Source: an uncultured Phycisphaerae bacterium | Lineage (GTDB): Bacteria; Planctomycetota; Phycisphaerae; JAAYCJ01 | Assembly: GCA_964563935.1 (NCBI GenBank) | Contig: CAZLZE010000002.1 | Location: 6,205 to 70,204, forward strand | Reading direction: 5' to 3' | DNA: 64,000 nt | In this document: piece after piece, positions 16,959 through 25,714 of the stretch | Layout of the letters: each line of letters opens with the position of its first letter | How positions within the stretch are numbered: position 1 is the stretch's first letter | Position numbers and translations under genes: made by a program | The notes under the pieces: generated by a model | Seen by the model: only the letters and a program-made list of their open reading frames with translations | Told to the model about the DNA's origin: nothing | Database searches by the model: none

Positions 16959-17001
16959 ATGCAGGGCATCTTCCTGTACAAGGTGCCCTGCATCTTTTTT
17001 T
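16959..17001 (+). terminator. Intrinsic terminator
   Basis: ATGCAGGGCATCTT-CCTGTAC-AAGGTGCCCTGCAT (one G-U pair) followed by C and a T7 run. Confidence 0.85.
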
Positions 17002-17103
17002 ACCCTCTGGTTTGTATTTGGAATATCCACAAACTTCGATCTGCCACTTTAACCCCAACCAAGCCAGGACGCCTTTACCTTACGGATGAGGTGTACATTC
17101 TCC

Positions 17104-18825
17104 ATGACAAGCGTACGAAATATGCCCTCAGTATATCGGATTGAACCTGGATTGGCGAATCTGACCCAGGAACAGCTTCAGGCGGCACGTTCCGAGGCCA
17201 AGAAGCAGCAGATTTCGCTTCGCGACAGCATTCTGAAGCTCGGGTTTGCGGACGAGACTCAGCTGCTGCAGTCCGCGTCGCAGTCTACCGGCCTGGAACT
17301 CGTGCATCTGTCCGCGGATGATATTTCCCGGGATGCTCTGGCGATCGTCAACGCCCAAACGGCCTCCCACTACCACATCATCCCCGTTAAGGTTGCCGAC
17401 GATACCCTCTGGGTGGCCACCAGCGATCCGTTCAACTCAGACTTGAAACACGAGATCGAACTGGTGCTGGACTGTCCCTATCGCGTGGAATTCGTCCTGG
17501 CGACGGCGGACTCCATCAAGCAGGCGATCCGGAAATGCTATGGCGTGGGCGCCGCCACCGTGGAGCAGATGGTGGCGGAGGAAGGGATCCGGGAGGCCGA
17601 TGGTCCCGCGGACGGCGACATTTCCGACGAGAGCAAGGCCATCGAGGCCTCGGTCATCAAGCTGGTGAACCAGATCCTGGCGGACGCCATTTCCGCCGGC
17701 GCAACGGACATCCATTTCGAACCCCACGAAAATGACTTGCGGGTCCGATACCGAATCGACGGACGGCTTCACGATTCCGGCATGCCCTCCTCTGTACGCC
17801 ACTTCCGCGAAGGCATCACAAGCCGAATCAAGATTCTCTCGGGACTCGACATTGCCGAGAAACGTCTGCCTCAGGACGGTCGGGCGCAGGTTAACCTGTC
17901 GGGAAATCTGTTTGATTTGCGGGTCTCGATTCTCCCCACACCGTTCGGAGAGGCCGCGGATATACGCGTCCTGCCCCGCGGGGCGATTATCCTGGACCTG
18001 CCCACCCTGGGAATGCCGGAACGAGACGTAACGGAACTGACCAGGCTGATCCACAAGCCCCACGGCATTCTTTTGGTCACGGGACCGACCGGAAGCGGCA
18101 AGACAACCACGCTGTATACCTGCATGAAGATGCTCAACCGCATCGATCAGAAGATCATCACCATTGAGGATCCAATTGAGTACAATCTGGGCGGCCTGGT
18201 CCAGATGCAGGTTCATTCGGAAATCGGATTCACTTTCGCCCGGGCGTTGAGAGCGATCTTGCGTCATGACCCGGACATCATTCTCGTGGGTGAAATACGC
18301 GACCTGGAGACGGCAGAGACGGCCATTCGAACCGCCCTCACCGGCCACCTGGTGTTCAGTACGCTGCACACCAACAGCGCCGCCAGCGCCGTTACACGGT
18401 TGCTGGATATGGGCATCGAGTCTTACCTGCTGGCGTCATCCATCGAAGGAATTCTCGCCCAGCGACTCGTGCGAAAGCTGTGCACACACTGCAAAGAACC
18501 TTACACGCCGCCCGAGGAAGTCCAGACGATGGTCAAATCCTTTCTCGGTCTGGATCGGCTTCCGGAAGCGTACCAGGGTCGTGGATGCGCCAAATGTCGT
18601 TTCACCGGCTATCAGGGACGCACCGTCATCAGCGAACTCATGATCATGTCGGAGGAGATTCGCAACCTGGCCATCGCCAAACGTCACGCCAATGAGATCG
18701 ACGCACTCGCCCGCAAAGAAGGGATGGTTTCGCTACTGACATGCGGCTTGGACAAGGTTCATCAGGGAATCACAACATATGCAGAGGTGCTGCGAGTCAC
18801 CAAGGGTACCGTGTCGGCCGACTGA
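17104..18825 (+). CDS. gspE: Type II secretion ATPase
   Basis: DIHFEP, DIAEKRLPQDGR, Walker A GPTGSGKTTT, RHDPDIILVGEIRD, Zn-finger CxxC pairs. RBS GAGGTG. Confidence 0.93.
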   Translation: MTSVRNMPSVYRIEPGLANLTQEQLQAARSEAKKQQISLRDSILKLGFADETQLLQSASQSTGLELVHLSADDISRDALAIVNAQTASHYHIIPVKVADDTLWVATSDPFNSDLKHEIELVLDCPYRVEFVLATADSIKQAIRKCYGVGAATVEQMVAEEGIREADGPADGDISDESKAIEASVIKLVNQILADAISAGATDIHFEPHENDLRVRYRIDGRLHDSGMPSSVRHFREGITSRIKILSGLDIAEKRLPQDGRAQVNLSGNLFDLRVSILPTPFGEAADIRVLPRGAIILDLPTLGMPERDVTELTRLIHKPHGILLVTGPTGSGKTTTLYTCMKMLNRIDQKIITIEDPIEYNLGGLVQMQVHSEIGFTFARALRAILRHDPDIILVGEIRDLETAETAIRTALTGHLVFSTLHTNSAASAVTRLLDMGIESYLLASSIEGILAQRLVRKLCTHCKEPYTPPEEVQTMVKSFLGLDRLPEAYQGRGCAKCRFTGYQGRTVISELMIMSEEIRNLAIAKRHANEIDALARKEGMVSLLTCGLDKVHQGITTYAEVLRVTKGTVSAD

Positions 18826-18836
18826 GATAGAGGACT

Positions 18837-20054
18837 ATGCAATCATTCGCATACAAAGCCAAGGGAATGGATGGACGCCTGATTACCGGAGAAATTCAAG
18901 CGGAAGATCGTCCGTCCGTCGTCTCCATGCTGAAAAAGAAAGGGTATTTCGTCCTGTCGGTCGAACCGGAACAGCGGTTGGTTGTTTCGATTCAGCGAAA
19001 ATTCCGCTTCCTGGAGCATCGAGTCCCGCTTCGACAGAAGGCCGTCTTCACCCAGCAACTGGCCACCCTGCTGAAGGCGGGGATGCAGTTGACCGTTGCC
19101 CTGAAGACCCTGTCCCGGCAGATGGAGGACAAATTCTTCGCGTCGATCATTCACCGACTGTATCAGGACATCGAAGAATCGAGTTCCCTCTCCCAAACCA
19201 TGTCCAATTTTCCGAACGTGTTTCCTCCGACCTACACCGCCATCGTCGGCGCGGCTGAGGAGTCCGGGTCGCTGGTCGAATCGCTCACCAATCTGAGCAA
19301 GCAAATCAAGTCCCAAGCCGCCATTTGCTCCCGCATCAGAGGCGCCTTGGCCTACCCGCTCTTCCTGCTGCTCGTAAGCATACTCGTCGTGGGCGTCCTG
19401 GTAAGCTTCGTCATACCCAAATTCATTGAACTCTTTGTCAATGCCAACCAGAAGCTGCCCCTGCCGACTCTGATCCTCCTGCATATTACCGACTTTTTCA
19501 AAGCGTTCTGGTGGGTATTTCCACCTGCGATCATCGGCGCGATCTTCCTGGCCGCCGTCGTCCTGAAAAACGAGAAGATCAAGAGCATCTCGGACACCTG
19601 CCTCCTGCGATTCCCCCTGCTCGGCCGGCTGAACCTGAAAATCCAACTGGCCCAGTTCACAAGGACCCTCGGTTCGCTCCTGGACGGCGGGGTCCGAATC
19701 CTGCCCGCGGTGCAGATTGCCCGGGGCACCACCCGCAATCTGGTATTCGCCCAGAACATTCGGGATATTTCCAGCCAGATCACCAAAGGGGCGACCCTCG
19801 CCCAGGCAATCAAGAAACAGCCCTTCTTCACCGAGCTTACCGCCAGCATGATCGCCGTCGGAGAGGACAGCGGCATGCTTCCGGAAATGCTCCTGGAAGT
19901 GGCAGAGATCTACGAGCAGGAGGCGGAAGCCACCATCAATTCCCTCACCGGACTTCTGGGCCCGATGATAGTCGTCTTCATCGGCCTTGTTATCGGATTT
20001 GTCGTCATGGCCATTCTCTTGCCCATCTTCGAGGCAAGCACCATGGTCGGATGA
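18837..20054 (+). CDS. gspF: Type II secretion inner-membrane platform protein
   Basis: FTQQLATLLKAG, ALAYP, MIAVGEDSGMLPEML, MAILLPIF. Confidence 0.93.
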   Translation: MQSFAYKAKGMDGRLITGEIQAEDRPSVVSMLKKKGYFVLSVEPEQRLVVSIQRKFRFLEHRVPLRQKAVFTQQLATLLKAGMQLTVALKTLSRQMEDKFFASIIHRLYQDIEESSSLSQTMSNFPNVFPPTYTAIVGAAEESGSLVESLTNLSKQIKSQAAICSRIRGALAYPLFLLLVSILVVGVLVSFVIPKFIELFVNANQKLPLPTLILLHITDFFKAFWWVFPPAIIGAIFLAAVVLKNEKIKSISDTCLLRFPLLGRLNLKIQLAQFTRTLGSLLDGGVRILPAVQIARGTTRNLVFAQNIRDISSQITKGATLAQAIKKQPFFTELTASMIAVGEDSGMLPEMLLEVAEIYEQEAEATINSLTGLLGPMIVVFIGLVIGFVVMAILLPIFEASTMVG

Positions 20055-20068
20055 AAGGAGTATCGACG

Positions 20069-20533
20069 ATGAGAGAATATCGCATAACCACGTCCCTTCG
20101 TGCCGCGTTCACGCTCGTTGAACTGCTCTTGGTGATCACCATCATCGGCGTTCTGGCTGCCGTGATCGTCCCGCGTTTCTTCGGACGGTCGCAGGACGCC
20201 AAGATCGCCGCCGCCAGGCAGACCATCGTGGGAACATTCGGGACCGCCCTGGACTTGTATGAACAGGATGTCGGCGAATATCCGACAACCGATCAGGGAC
20301 TCGAGGCCCTGATCAAGGATCCTTCCACCAAGGACTGGCGGGGCCCATACCTCAAGAGTACAACCATTCCCATGGATCCCTGGGGCAACCCGTATAAATA
20401 CACGTACCCAAGCGAACTGACGGATTCTGAGACGCTCTATGACCTTGTCTCCCCCGGTCCCGACGGAACAGCGGGAAACGCGGACGACATCACCAATCAC
20501 AATGCCCAGGAACACACGGAAAACAAGAAATAG
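20069..20533 (+). CDS. gspG: Major pseudopilin
   Basis: A|FTLVELL prepilin motif; ALDLYEQDVGEYPTTDQGLEALI, GPYLK, DPWGNPYKY. RBS AAGGAG. The track's 19511 start is spurious. Confidence 0.93.
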   Translation: MREYRITTSLRAAFTLVELLLVITIIGVLAAVIVPRFFGRSQDAKIAAARQTIVGTFGTALDLYEQDVGEYPTTDQGLEALIKDPSTKDWRGPYLKSTTIPMDPWGNPYKYTYPSELTDSETLYDLVSPGPDGTAGNADDITNHNAQEHTENKK

Positions 20534-21032
20534 ATCCGCCTTCACCCTGACGGAAATGCTGATCGTCCTGGTCATCATCTCCGTGACTCTAGCAGTCATT
20601 GTTCCCTATTCGGGGCGCACCACAGGTCATATGAAACTGACTCAGGAAAGCCTCAACCTGCAGGCAGCCATTCTCTTCGCCCGGGATCGCGCCGGAATGA
20701 CAAACAGGTCCGTACGGCTGGTCATTGATCGCAAAAAGAATCAATACAGACTGGAAGAGATCTCGAAAGCGGACGCCAACGAGTTCAAGCCGCTGGAAGG
20801 TTCCCTCGGAATGAACCGGACACTGGACAAGTCCGTCGCCATCCTGGAGACCGACCAATTGACAGATGAAAACGATCGGCAAACTCTGACCTTTGACCCC
20901 AACGAGGTCTGGCCGACCGCCAGCATCACCCTTGGCGATAAGCAAGCCTCGGCAACCGTCGTACTCAACGGAATATCAGTGGAAATCAATGAAACCACGA
21001 TCGAAGACACGAAAGACAAAACACCCGGTTAA
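20502..21032 (+). CDS. gspH: Minor pseudopilin (GspH/FimT-like)
   Basis: A|FTLTEMLIVL; position after gspG. Confidence 0.75.
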   Translation: MPRNTRKTRNRSAFTLTEMLIVLVIISVTLAVIVPYSGRTTGHMKLTQESLNLQAAILFARDRAGMTNRSVRLVIDRKKNQYRLEEISKADANEFKPLEGSLGMNRTLDKSVAILETDQLTDENDRQTLTFDPNEVWPTASITLGDKQASATVVLNGISVEINETTIEDTKDKTPG

Positions 21033-21408
21033 CACCCGGCACGCCACAACCGCTTTTACGTTGATTGAAGTAATCGTGGCCTTGGCCATCCTGGGCACGG
21101 GAATCACGGCGGTCTTTGGTGTCCTGAGCGTCTGCTCACGGGCCGCTCATCATAATCGCATGCTGACGCAGGCAGTGCTCCTGGCGGAATCGGAACTGGC
21201 ACGCGCCAGCCTGGTCAAGCGAACCGAATTCGGAACACAGGACGGAACCAGCGGACCATTCAAATGGCAGGTGGATATCGCGTCAACGCCTGTTGAGGAC
21301 TTGGCCGCCATCAAGGTTACCGTCACATGGAGCGAACAAAAGCGGCCGCAGTCCTATGAACTGCTGTCCTGCATACGGATGAAATCTTTCGTCGAAAAGG
21401 AAACCTGA
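20989..21408 (+). CDS. gspI: Minor pseudopilin (GspI-like)
   Basis: A|FTLIEVIVALAI; GPFKWQVDI. Confidence 0.75.
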   Translation: MKPRSKTRKTKHPVNTRHATTAFTLIEVIVALAILGTGITAVFGVLSVCSRAAHHNRMLTQAVLLAESELARASLVKRTEFGTQDGTSGPFKWQVDIASTPVEDLAAIKVTVTWSEQKRPQSYELLSCIRMKSFVEKET

Positions 21409-21518
21409 TGTTACTGGAAACGCCGATGCTGGCGGCGGCAATATGGATAATGGTAATCGGCAATCGCCTGCCATCGGCGGCATTCGCTCGTAGCATATGT
21501 CAGCCGACGTACAACTAG
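21408..21518 (+). CDS. Possible 36-aa small ORF
   Basis: TGATG overlap with the gspI stop, preceded by AAAGGA; MLLETPMLAAAIWIMVIGNRLPSAAFARSICQPTYN. Confidence 0.25.
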   Translation: MLLETPMLAAAIWIMVIGNRLPSAAFARSICQPTYN

Positions 21519-21543
21519 AATATTTGGAACAACTCTTCTTCAT

Positions 21544-22167
21544 ATGACATCACCGAAACAAAGAGGGTTTACGCTCGTGGAAATACTGATCGCAATGGTG
21601 ATCGCAACGATTCTTGCGTTGGCGCTCCAGACAATCCTTCGACAGGGATTTCATATCCTGTCGCATGCCGAGAAACGCCGACCGACCTTTCAGAGCGTCA
21701 GGTTCATCACGGAGATGATGCGTGAGGAAATCACCGGGGTTTACCTTCCGCCCCTGGGCCCGGACAAGGATGCCTCGTTTCTCCTGGATGAAACGAAACT
21801 TGAGTTCTATACGTCAACGCCCTTCCTGGAAGCCAATCCATCCCTGTCCAGAATGGCCAGAGTGCGATATGAATTCACCCGGGACGACGCCTCCCAATTG
21901 TTCACTCTGAAACGAACTCAGCAATTGTACTCTGGCGAGAAGAATATCGCCCAGGAAACGGTGGCAACTCTGGCTTCGGGACTCTCCACAGTCTCCCTCA
22001 AAGCTTTTGATCGAGCAAACGAGCAATGGAAGGATAGCTTCAAATCCAAGGAAGAGCCTCCTCGAGCCATTCTGTTTTCCATTGCCTGGCCGGGAAACAA
22101 GTCGGTTCCGGCACTGGACTTCCAGACCGTGTACCGAATTCCGAGTCAGATCGCAGTGAGGAATTGA
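21544..22167 (+). CDS. gspJ: Minor pseudopilin (GspJ-like)
   Basis: G|FTLVEILIAM; ends WKDSF..PPRAILFSIAW. Confidence 0.8.
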   Translation: MTSPKQRGFTLVEILIAMVIATILALALQTILRQGFHILSHAEKRRPTFQSVRFITEMMREEITGVYLPPLGPDKDASFLLDETKLEFYTSTPFLEANPSLSRMARVRYEFTRDDASQLFTLKRTQQLYSGEKNIAQETVATLASGLSTVSLKAFDRANEQWKDSFKSKEEPPRAILFSIAWPGNKSVPALDFQTVYRIPSQIAVRN

Positions 22168-22179
22168 GCGGGCGGAATC

Positions 22180-23211
22180 ATGTTAAATTCCAACACAATC
22201 GAACATAAAAGAACAAGGAAAGGCAGTATCCTGATCTTCGTTCTGATCGTTGTCGCCACGACGACGGTTTTGGCCTTCGGATTTGCCTATCGGACTCGCA
22301 TCGAGATCAAGCTCGTCGACAATTACGCCAAGCGGACTTACGCCCACTACCTGGCCCTGGGCGGTCTGGAGCGACTCTTGTGCCTTCTCGAAAAGGACCC
22401 CGGGGACTTGACCGTCGCGGCGCACACGGGCAGGCTTGGCGCGTTCAGCACCACCGCGACGAAAGAGGAACTGTTCAAGGATGTGCCGGGGAGGACCGAC
22501 AGAGCCCATGATCTGCAATACTCCATTTGCGACGAAGCAGGTCTGCTCAACATAAACACGTCGGATCCGGCCTGCTGGGCACAACTTGATCCGCTCACAA
22601 AGGAATCGGCCGCATGTATTCTCGATTGGGTTGATGAGGACGACGACGCAGGTCTGGGCGGTGCGGAAACCGCCTACTACGAGAAGCTGAGCCCCTCGTA
22701 TCGGGCCAAGAACGCCAAGTTCATTCTTCCGAAGGAATTGCTGTACATCAAGGACATCTCTGCACAAATGTACACTCATCGTTCCGGCCTGGACCACGAG
22801 GCGTTCTCGACGGTCGCCCGAAATACTCCTGTTCCGGGCCTCCTCGATATCTTCACCACACGAGGAAACGGGCAAATCAACCTCAACACGGCCCCCAAAT
22901 ACATTATCGCATCACTTCCCGGCCTGAACGAATTCGTGGCTGATGCTCTTTACACCTTCCGAGCCGGTTTTGACGGTCAACTGGGAACGGATGACGACGT
23001 CTTCCTTGAGTCCGGGGATGATATTCTGAAAGTTCCCGGCGTCACGGAACTGCAGGCGGAATTACTGGGGCAATACTGCTGCTTTTCGTCTGCCGAGTTT
23101 CGCCTATATTCCCGTGCCGCAATGAAAGGCGGCGTGGAATGTCGTCTGATGGGGTCCGTCAAGTATCAGCAAGGCAAGGCCCAGTTGGTCTCAGTTGAGA
23201 GAATTCCGTAG
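22180..23211 (+). CDS. gspK: Minor pseudopilin (GspK-like)
   Basis: RKGSILIFVL; DEAGLLNINT; ILDWVDEDD; GQINLNTAP..SLPGL. Confidence 0.88.
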   Translation: MLNSNTIEHKRTRKGSILIFVLIVVATTTVLAFGFAYRTRIEIKLVDNYAKRTYAHYLALGGLERLLCLLEKDPGDLTVAAHTGRLGAFSTTATKEELFKDVPGRTDRAHDLQYSICDEAGLLNINTSDPACWAQLDPLTKESAACILDWVDEDDDAGLGGAETAYYEKLSPSYRAKNAKFILPKELLYIKDISAQMYTHRSGLDHEAFSTVARNTPVPGLLDIFTTRGNGQINLNTAPKYIIASLPGLNEFVADALYTFRAGFDGQLGTDDDVFLESGDDILKVPGVTELQAELLGQYCCFSSAEFRLYSRAAMKGGVECRLMGSVKYQQGKAQLVSVERIP

Positions 23212-23212
23212 C

Positions 23213-24637
23213 ATGCATGAAACGACATTGAAATCCGAATGGGGCGCCCTCGCCGCCCATCCCGACGGGGGGATGGTCGTGGGCATTCGTCCAGGGGGCC
23301 AACAGATCGTCCTTTACTATTTCGGGTCCATGCATGACCTTTATCATGCCCTGGAGCGAAGAGAACTGGTGGTCCGCAAGTGGGCTGTGAGCGTTCCGGG
23401 CAACCAATGCATTCATAAGTCGCTCGGTCTACCCACGTCCGACCCGGCTGAGGCCACGAAGATACTGGAATTCGAGCTGCCGTCGCTCGTACCCATCCCA
23501 CCGGATCAATTGGTGTTCGGCTGCACTCCGACCCTGACGCACGACAACCTGACGGAGTATCTACTGCATATCGTCCGCCTCGACAGACTCGACTCGCTGC
23601 TCAAGCCCTTCCTTGATCGGAATCTGGAGGTCCACACGGTCCTTACGCATCCACTTGCCGTGATCGCCTGGACTCTTCCACAAGTCGCGATACCTCCGAG
23701 CACACCGATCACGCTTGTGCTCAGGTCCCCAGCCCACATTGAGGCCATCACGTGCATCAATGGGAACATCCAGACGATTCGCCGCAAGCCCATCGACACG
23801 AACGATGCCCGGCATACAGTGTGGGCGATCAGGGAATTCCTCAGCCAGCATCAGGGTTCCGGTGGGATCGATGTCGGCGAGGGCCAATTCGTTCTCGTCG
23901 GTTTTGAGGCCCACTCTCAGTCCATTACCAAACAGATACAGGAGGCAAGCGACGGACGTTCGCATTTGGATCCCCTCTTCCTGGCTCATCCTCCGGTGTT
24001 GCCGTGGGAAGGGTCCTCACCACCGTCCGACGGCAAGGGACATTTGGAGCACGCAGCCGTCATTTGCGCCGGATTGCTCTCGGCCGTAACCGACTCACAG
24101 TTCGGCTGCTTCAACCTGCTGCCTGCGACTCATCAGAAGCGGCTGGCGAAGAAGGATCGAATCCGAAAATACGTCTGCACGGGTGGCCTGGTCGCCATGG
24201 GTGTTCTGCTTCTCTGGTTTTCCCTGTTCACGATGAATCTCCGCATCGACCGGGTCTGCCGAAAGATGGAAGATCAGATGGCGCCGATCACCGGCGTGGC
24301 CCGATCCGTCGAAACCAAACGGCGTCACATTTCCGCCATTGAAAACCAGTTGTCCAATCGTGGGCTGATCCTGCGGATCATTCAGGAATTGTACCGCTTT
24401 ACACCTCAGACGATTTCGCTGAGCGAGCTATCGTACACGTCCCAGACCGACCGAACATCCATCAGCATGAAAGGGCAGGCAGATATACTCTCCAATGCTT
24501 TTGGATATACCGAGGCCCTCCGCAAAGCTTCCGTGCTGAACGCCGTACAGATTGAGGATGCTCAACAGATTCCTCGGCCCGGTGGAAGCGTGGTTGAGTT
24601 TCGCGCAAACGGTATTATCAAGGCGGACCGCAAATGA
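23213..24637 (+). CDS. GspL / PilM-PilN-like assembly protein
   Basis: LEFELPSLVPIP (actin-like region), FNLLP, single TM helix and PilN-like C-terminus; operon position. Confidence 0.7.
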   Translation: MHETTLKSEWGALAAHPDGGMVVGIRPGGQQIVLYYFGSMHDLYHALERRELVVRKWAVSVPGNQCIHKSLGLPTSDPAEATKILEFELPSLVPIPPDQLVFGCTPTLTHDNLTEYLLHIVRLDRLDSLLKPFLDRNLEVHTVLTHPLAVIAWTLPQVAIPPSTPITLVLRSPAHIEAITCINGNIQTIRRKPIDTNDARHTVWAIREFLSQHQGSGGIDVGEGQFVLVGFEAHSQSITKQIQEASDGRSHLDPLFLAHPPVLPWEGSSPPSDGKGHLEHAAVICAGLLSAVTDSQFGCFNLLPATHQKRLAKKDRIRKYVCTGGLVAMGVLLLWFSLFTMNLRIDRVCRKMEDQMAPITGVARSVETKRRHISAIENQLSNRGLILRIIQELYRFTPQTISLSELSYTSQTDRTSISMKGQADILSNAFGYTEALRKASVLNAVQIEDAQQIPRPGGSVVEFRANGIIKADRK

Positions 24638-25200
24638 CAAAACCCCAAACCATGAACAGAGAAAGACCGCTGGGCCGGATAGCCCTGATCCTTCTCGCCT
24701 CCGCAATTATTTACCTGATCCTTCTGGGTCCTCAGATCGACAGACTTGGGCAACTGCGGAAGCGCGAGAAGGAACTGGAGATCAGTTTTGCAAAGATGAA
24801 ACGCGATCTGCTGGCGAAGGACCGTGTCGATCGGACGTACAGATCGATCGAGCCGATGATCAAGAGCACGGGCCACCATCAGCAGGAAATCTCGCTGTTT
24901 ACGCGTGAACTGAACGATCTGTACTCCCCGCTCGGCGTGCGAGTCCGTTCAGTCAAAATCCTGCCCGCCAATCAGAATGAGTTCTATCGCCAGTTTTCCG
25001 TCAAACTCGACATGTCGGGAGAGATCAAGGACATCCTCCGTTTTCTCGAAGCCGTTGAAACCTGCGCCAAGCCCATCAAGATCGAGAAGCTCACATTGAC
25101 GGCCAAGGATGTTCCTGATCAGCTTTCGGCAAGCTTTCTGATCAGCAAGATCGTAAGCACACCCGCCGGTTCGTCAAAACGGGAGGCCAGACGACTATGA
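24634..25200 (+). CDS. GspM / PilO-like protein
   Basis: N-terminal TM helix, coiled coil, ferredoxin-like FSVKLDMSGEIKDILRFL..IKIEKLTL. Confidence 0.75.
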   Translation: MTKPQTMNRERPLGRIALILLASAIIYLILLGPQIDRLGQLRKREKELEISFAKMKRDLLAKDRVDRTYRSIEPMIKSTGHHQQEISLFTRELNDLYSPLGVRVRSVKILPANQNEFYRQFSVKLDMSGEIKDILRFLEAVETCAKPIKIEKLTLTAKDVPDQLSASFLISKIVSTPAGSSKREARRL

Positions 25201-25694
25201 TTAAGACCCTCACATCCATCGACATTGTCGGCAGCGCCAGATCGACCCATCCAGTCCTCCGGTATGGGTTCATCGCGATCCTGGCCATTTCTCTTCTGCA
25301 ATTGCTCATTCCGGTACGTCTTCTGGGCGGAAGCACACCCTCGCCATCATCCGGCGACGCACCCGGACGGGACACGCCACCCGGGTTGCGCAAAGCCGTT
25401 GCTCATACTCCGATCAGCTCGATTATCACGCGTAAAGGACTCTTCAGACCCGCGACGCCCGTCGCGGACAAGCCGATGGCCGACAAAACCATCGAACGCA
25501 TAAAGTCTCAGCTTAAACTGCAGTGTGTCATGAACATGAACAACGAGCCCGTCGCCTATATCAATATCACCGGCGTCGGTCTGAGAAAGTGCAAGGTGGG
25601 CGAGTCGATTCAGGACCTCTTCACCGTCACGGTCATTAACACCAACAGCGTAGACGTCACCATTCTTGGTCACAAAGTGACCCTTGGTCTCTGA
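25197..25694 (+). CDS. GspC / PilP-like protein
   Basis: TM helix, low-complexity linker, KLQCVM..PVAYINI..KVGESI beta domain; directly before the secretin. Confidence 0.6.
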   Translation: MIKTLTSIDIVGSARSTHPVLRYGFIAILAISLLQLLIPVRLLGGSTPSPSSGDAPGRDTPPGLRKAVAHTPISSIITRKGLFRPATPVADKPMADKTIERIKSQLKLQCVMNMNNEPVAYINITGVGLRKCKVGESIQDLFTVTVINTNSVDVTILGHKVTLGL

Positions 25695-25714
25695 TAATTG
25701 TCTTTATACGGGAG

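Noticed and set aside
19511-20068. Long N-terminal extension of GspG
   Set aside because: An off-frame shadow of gspF; the RBS and prepilin motif place the start at 20069.
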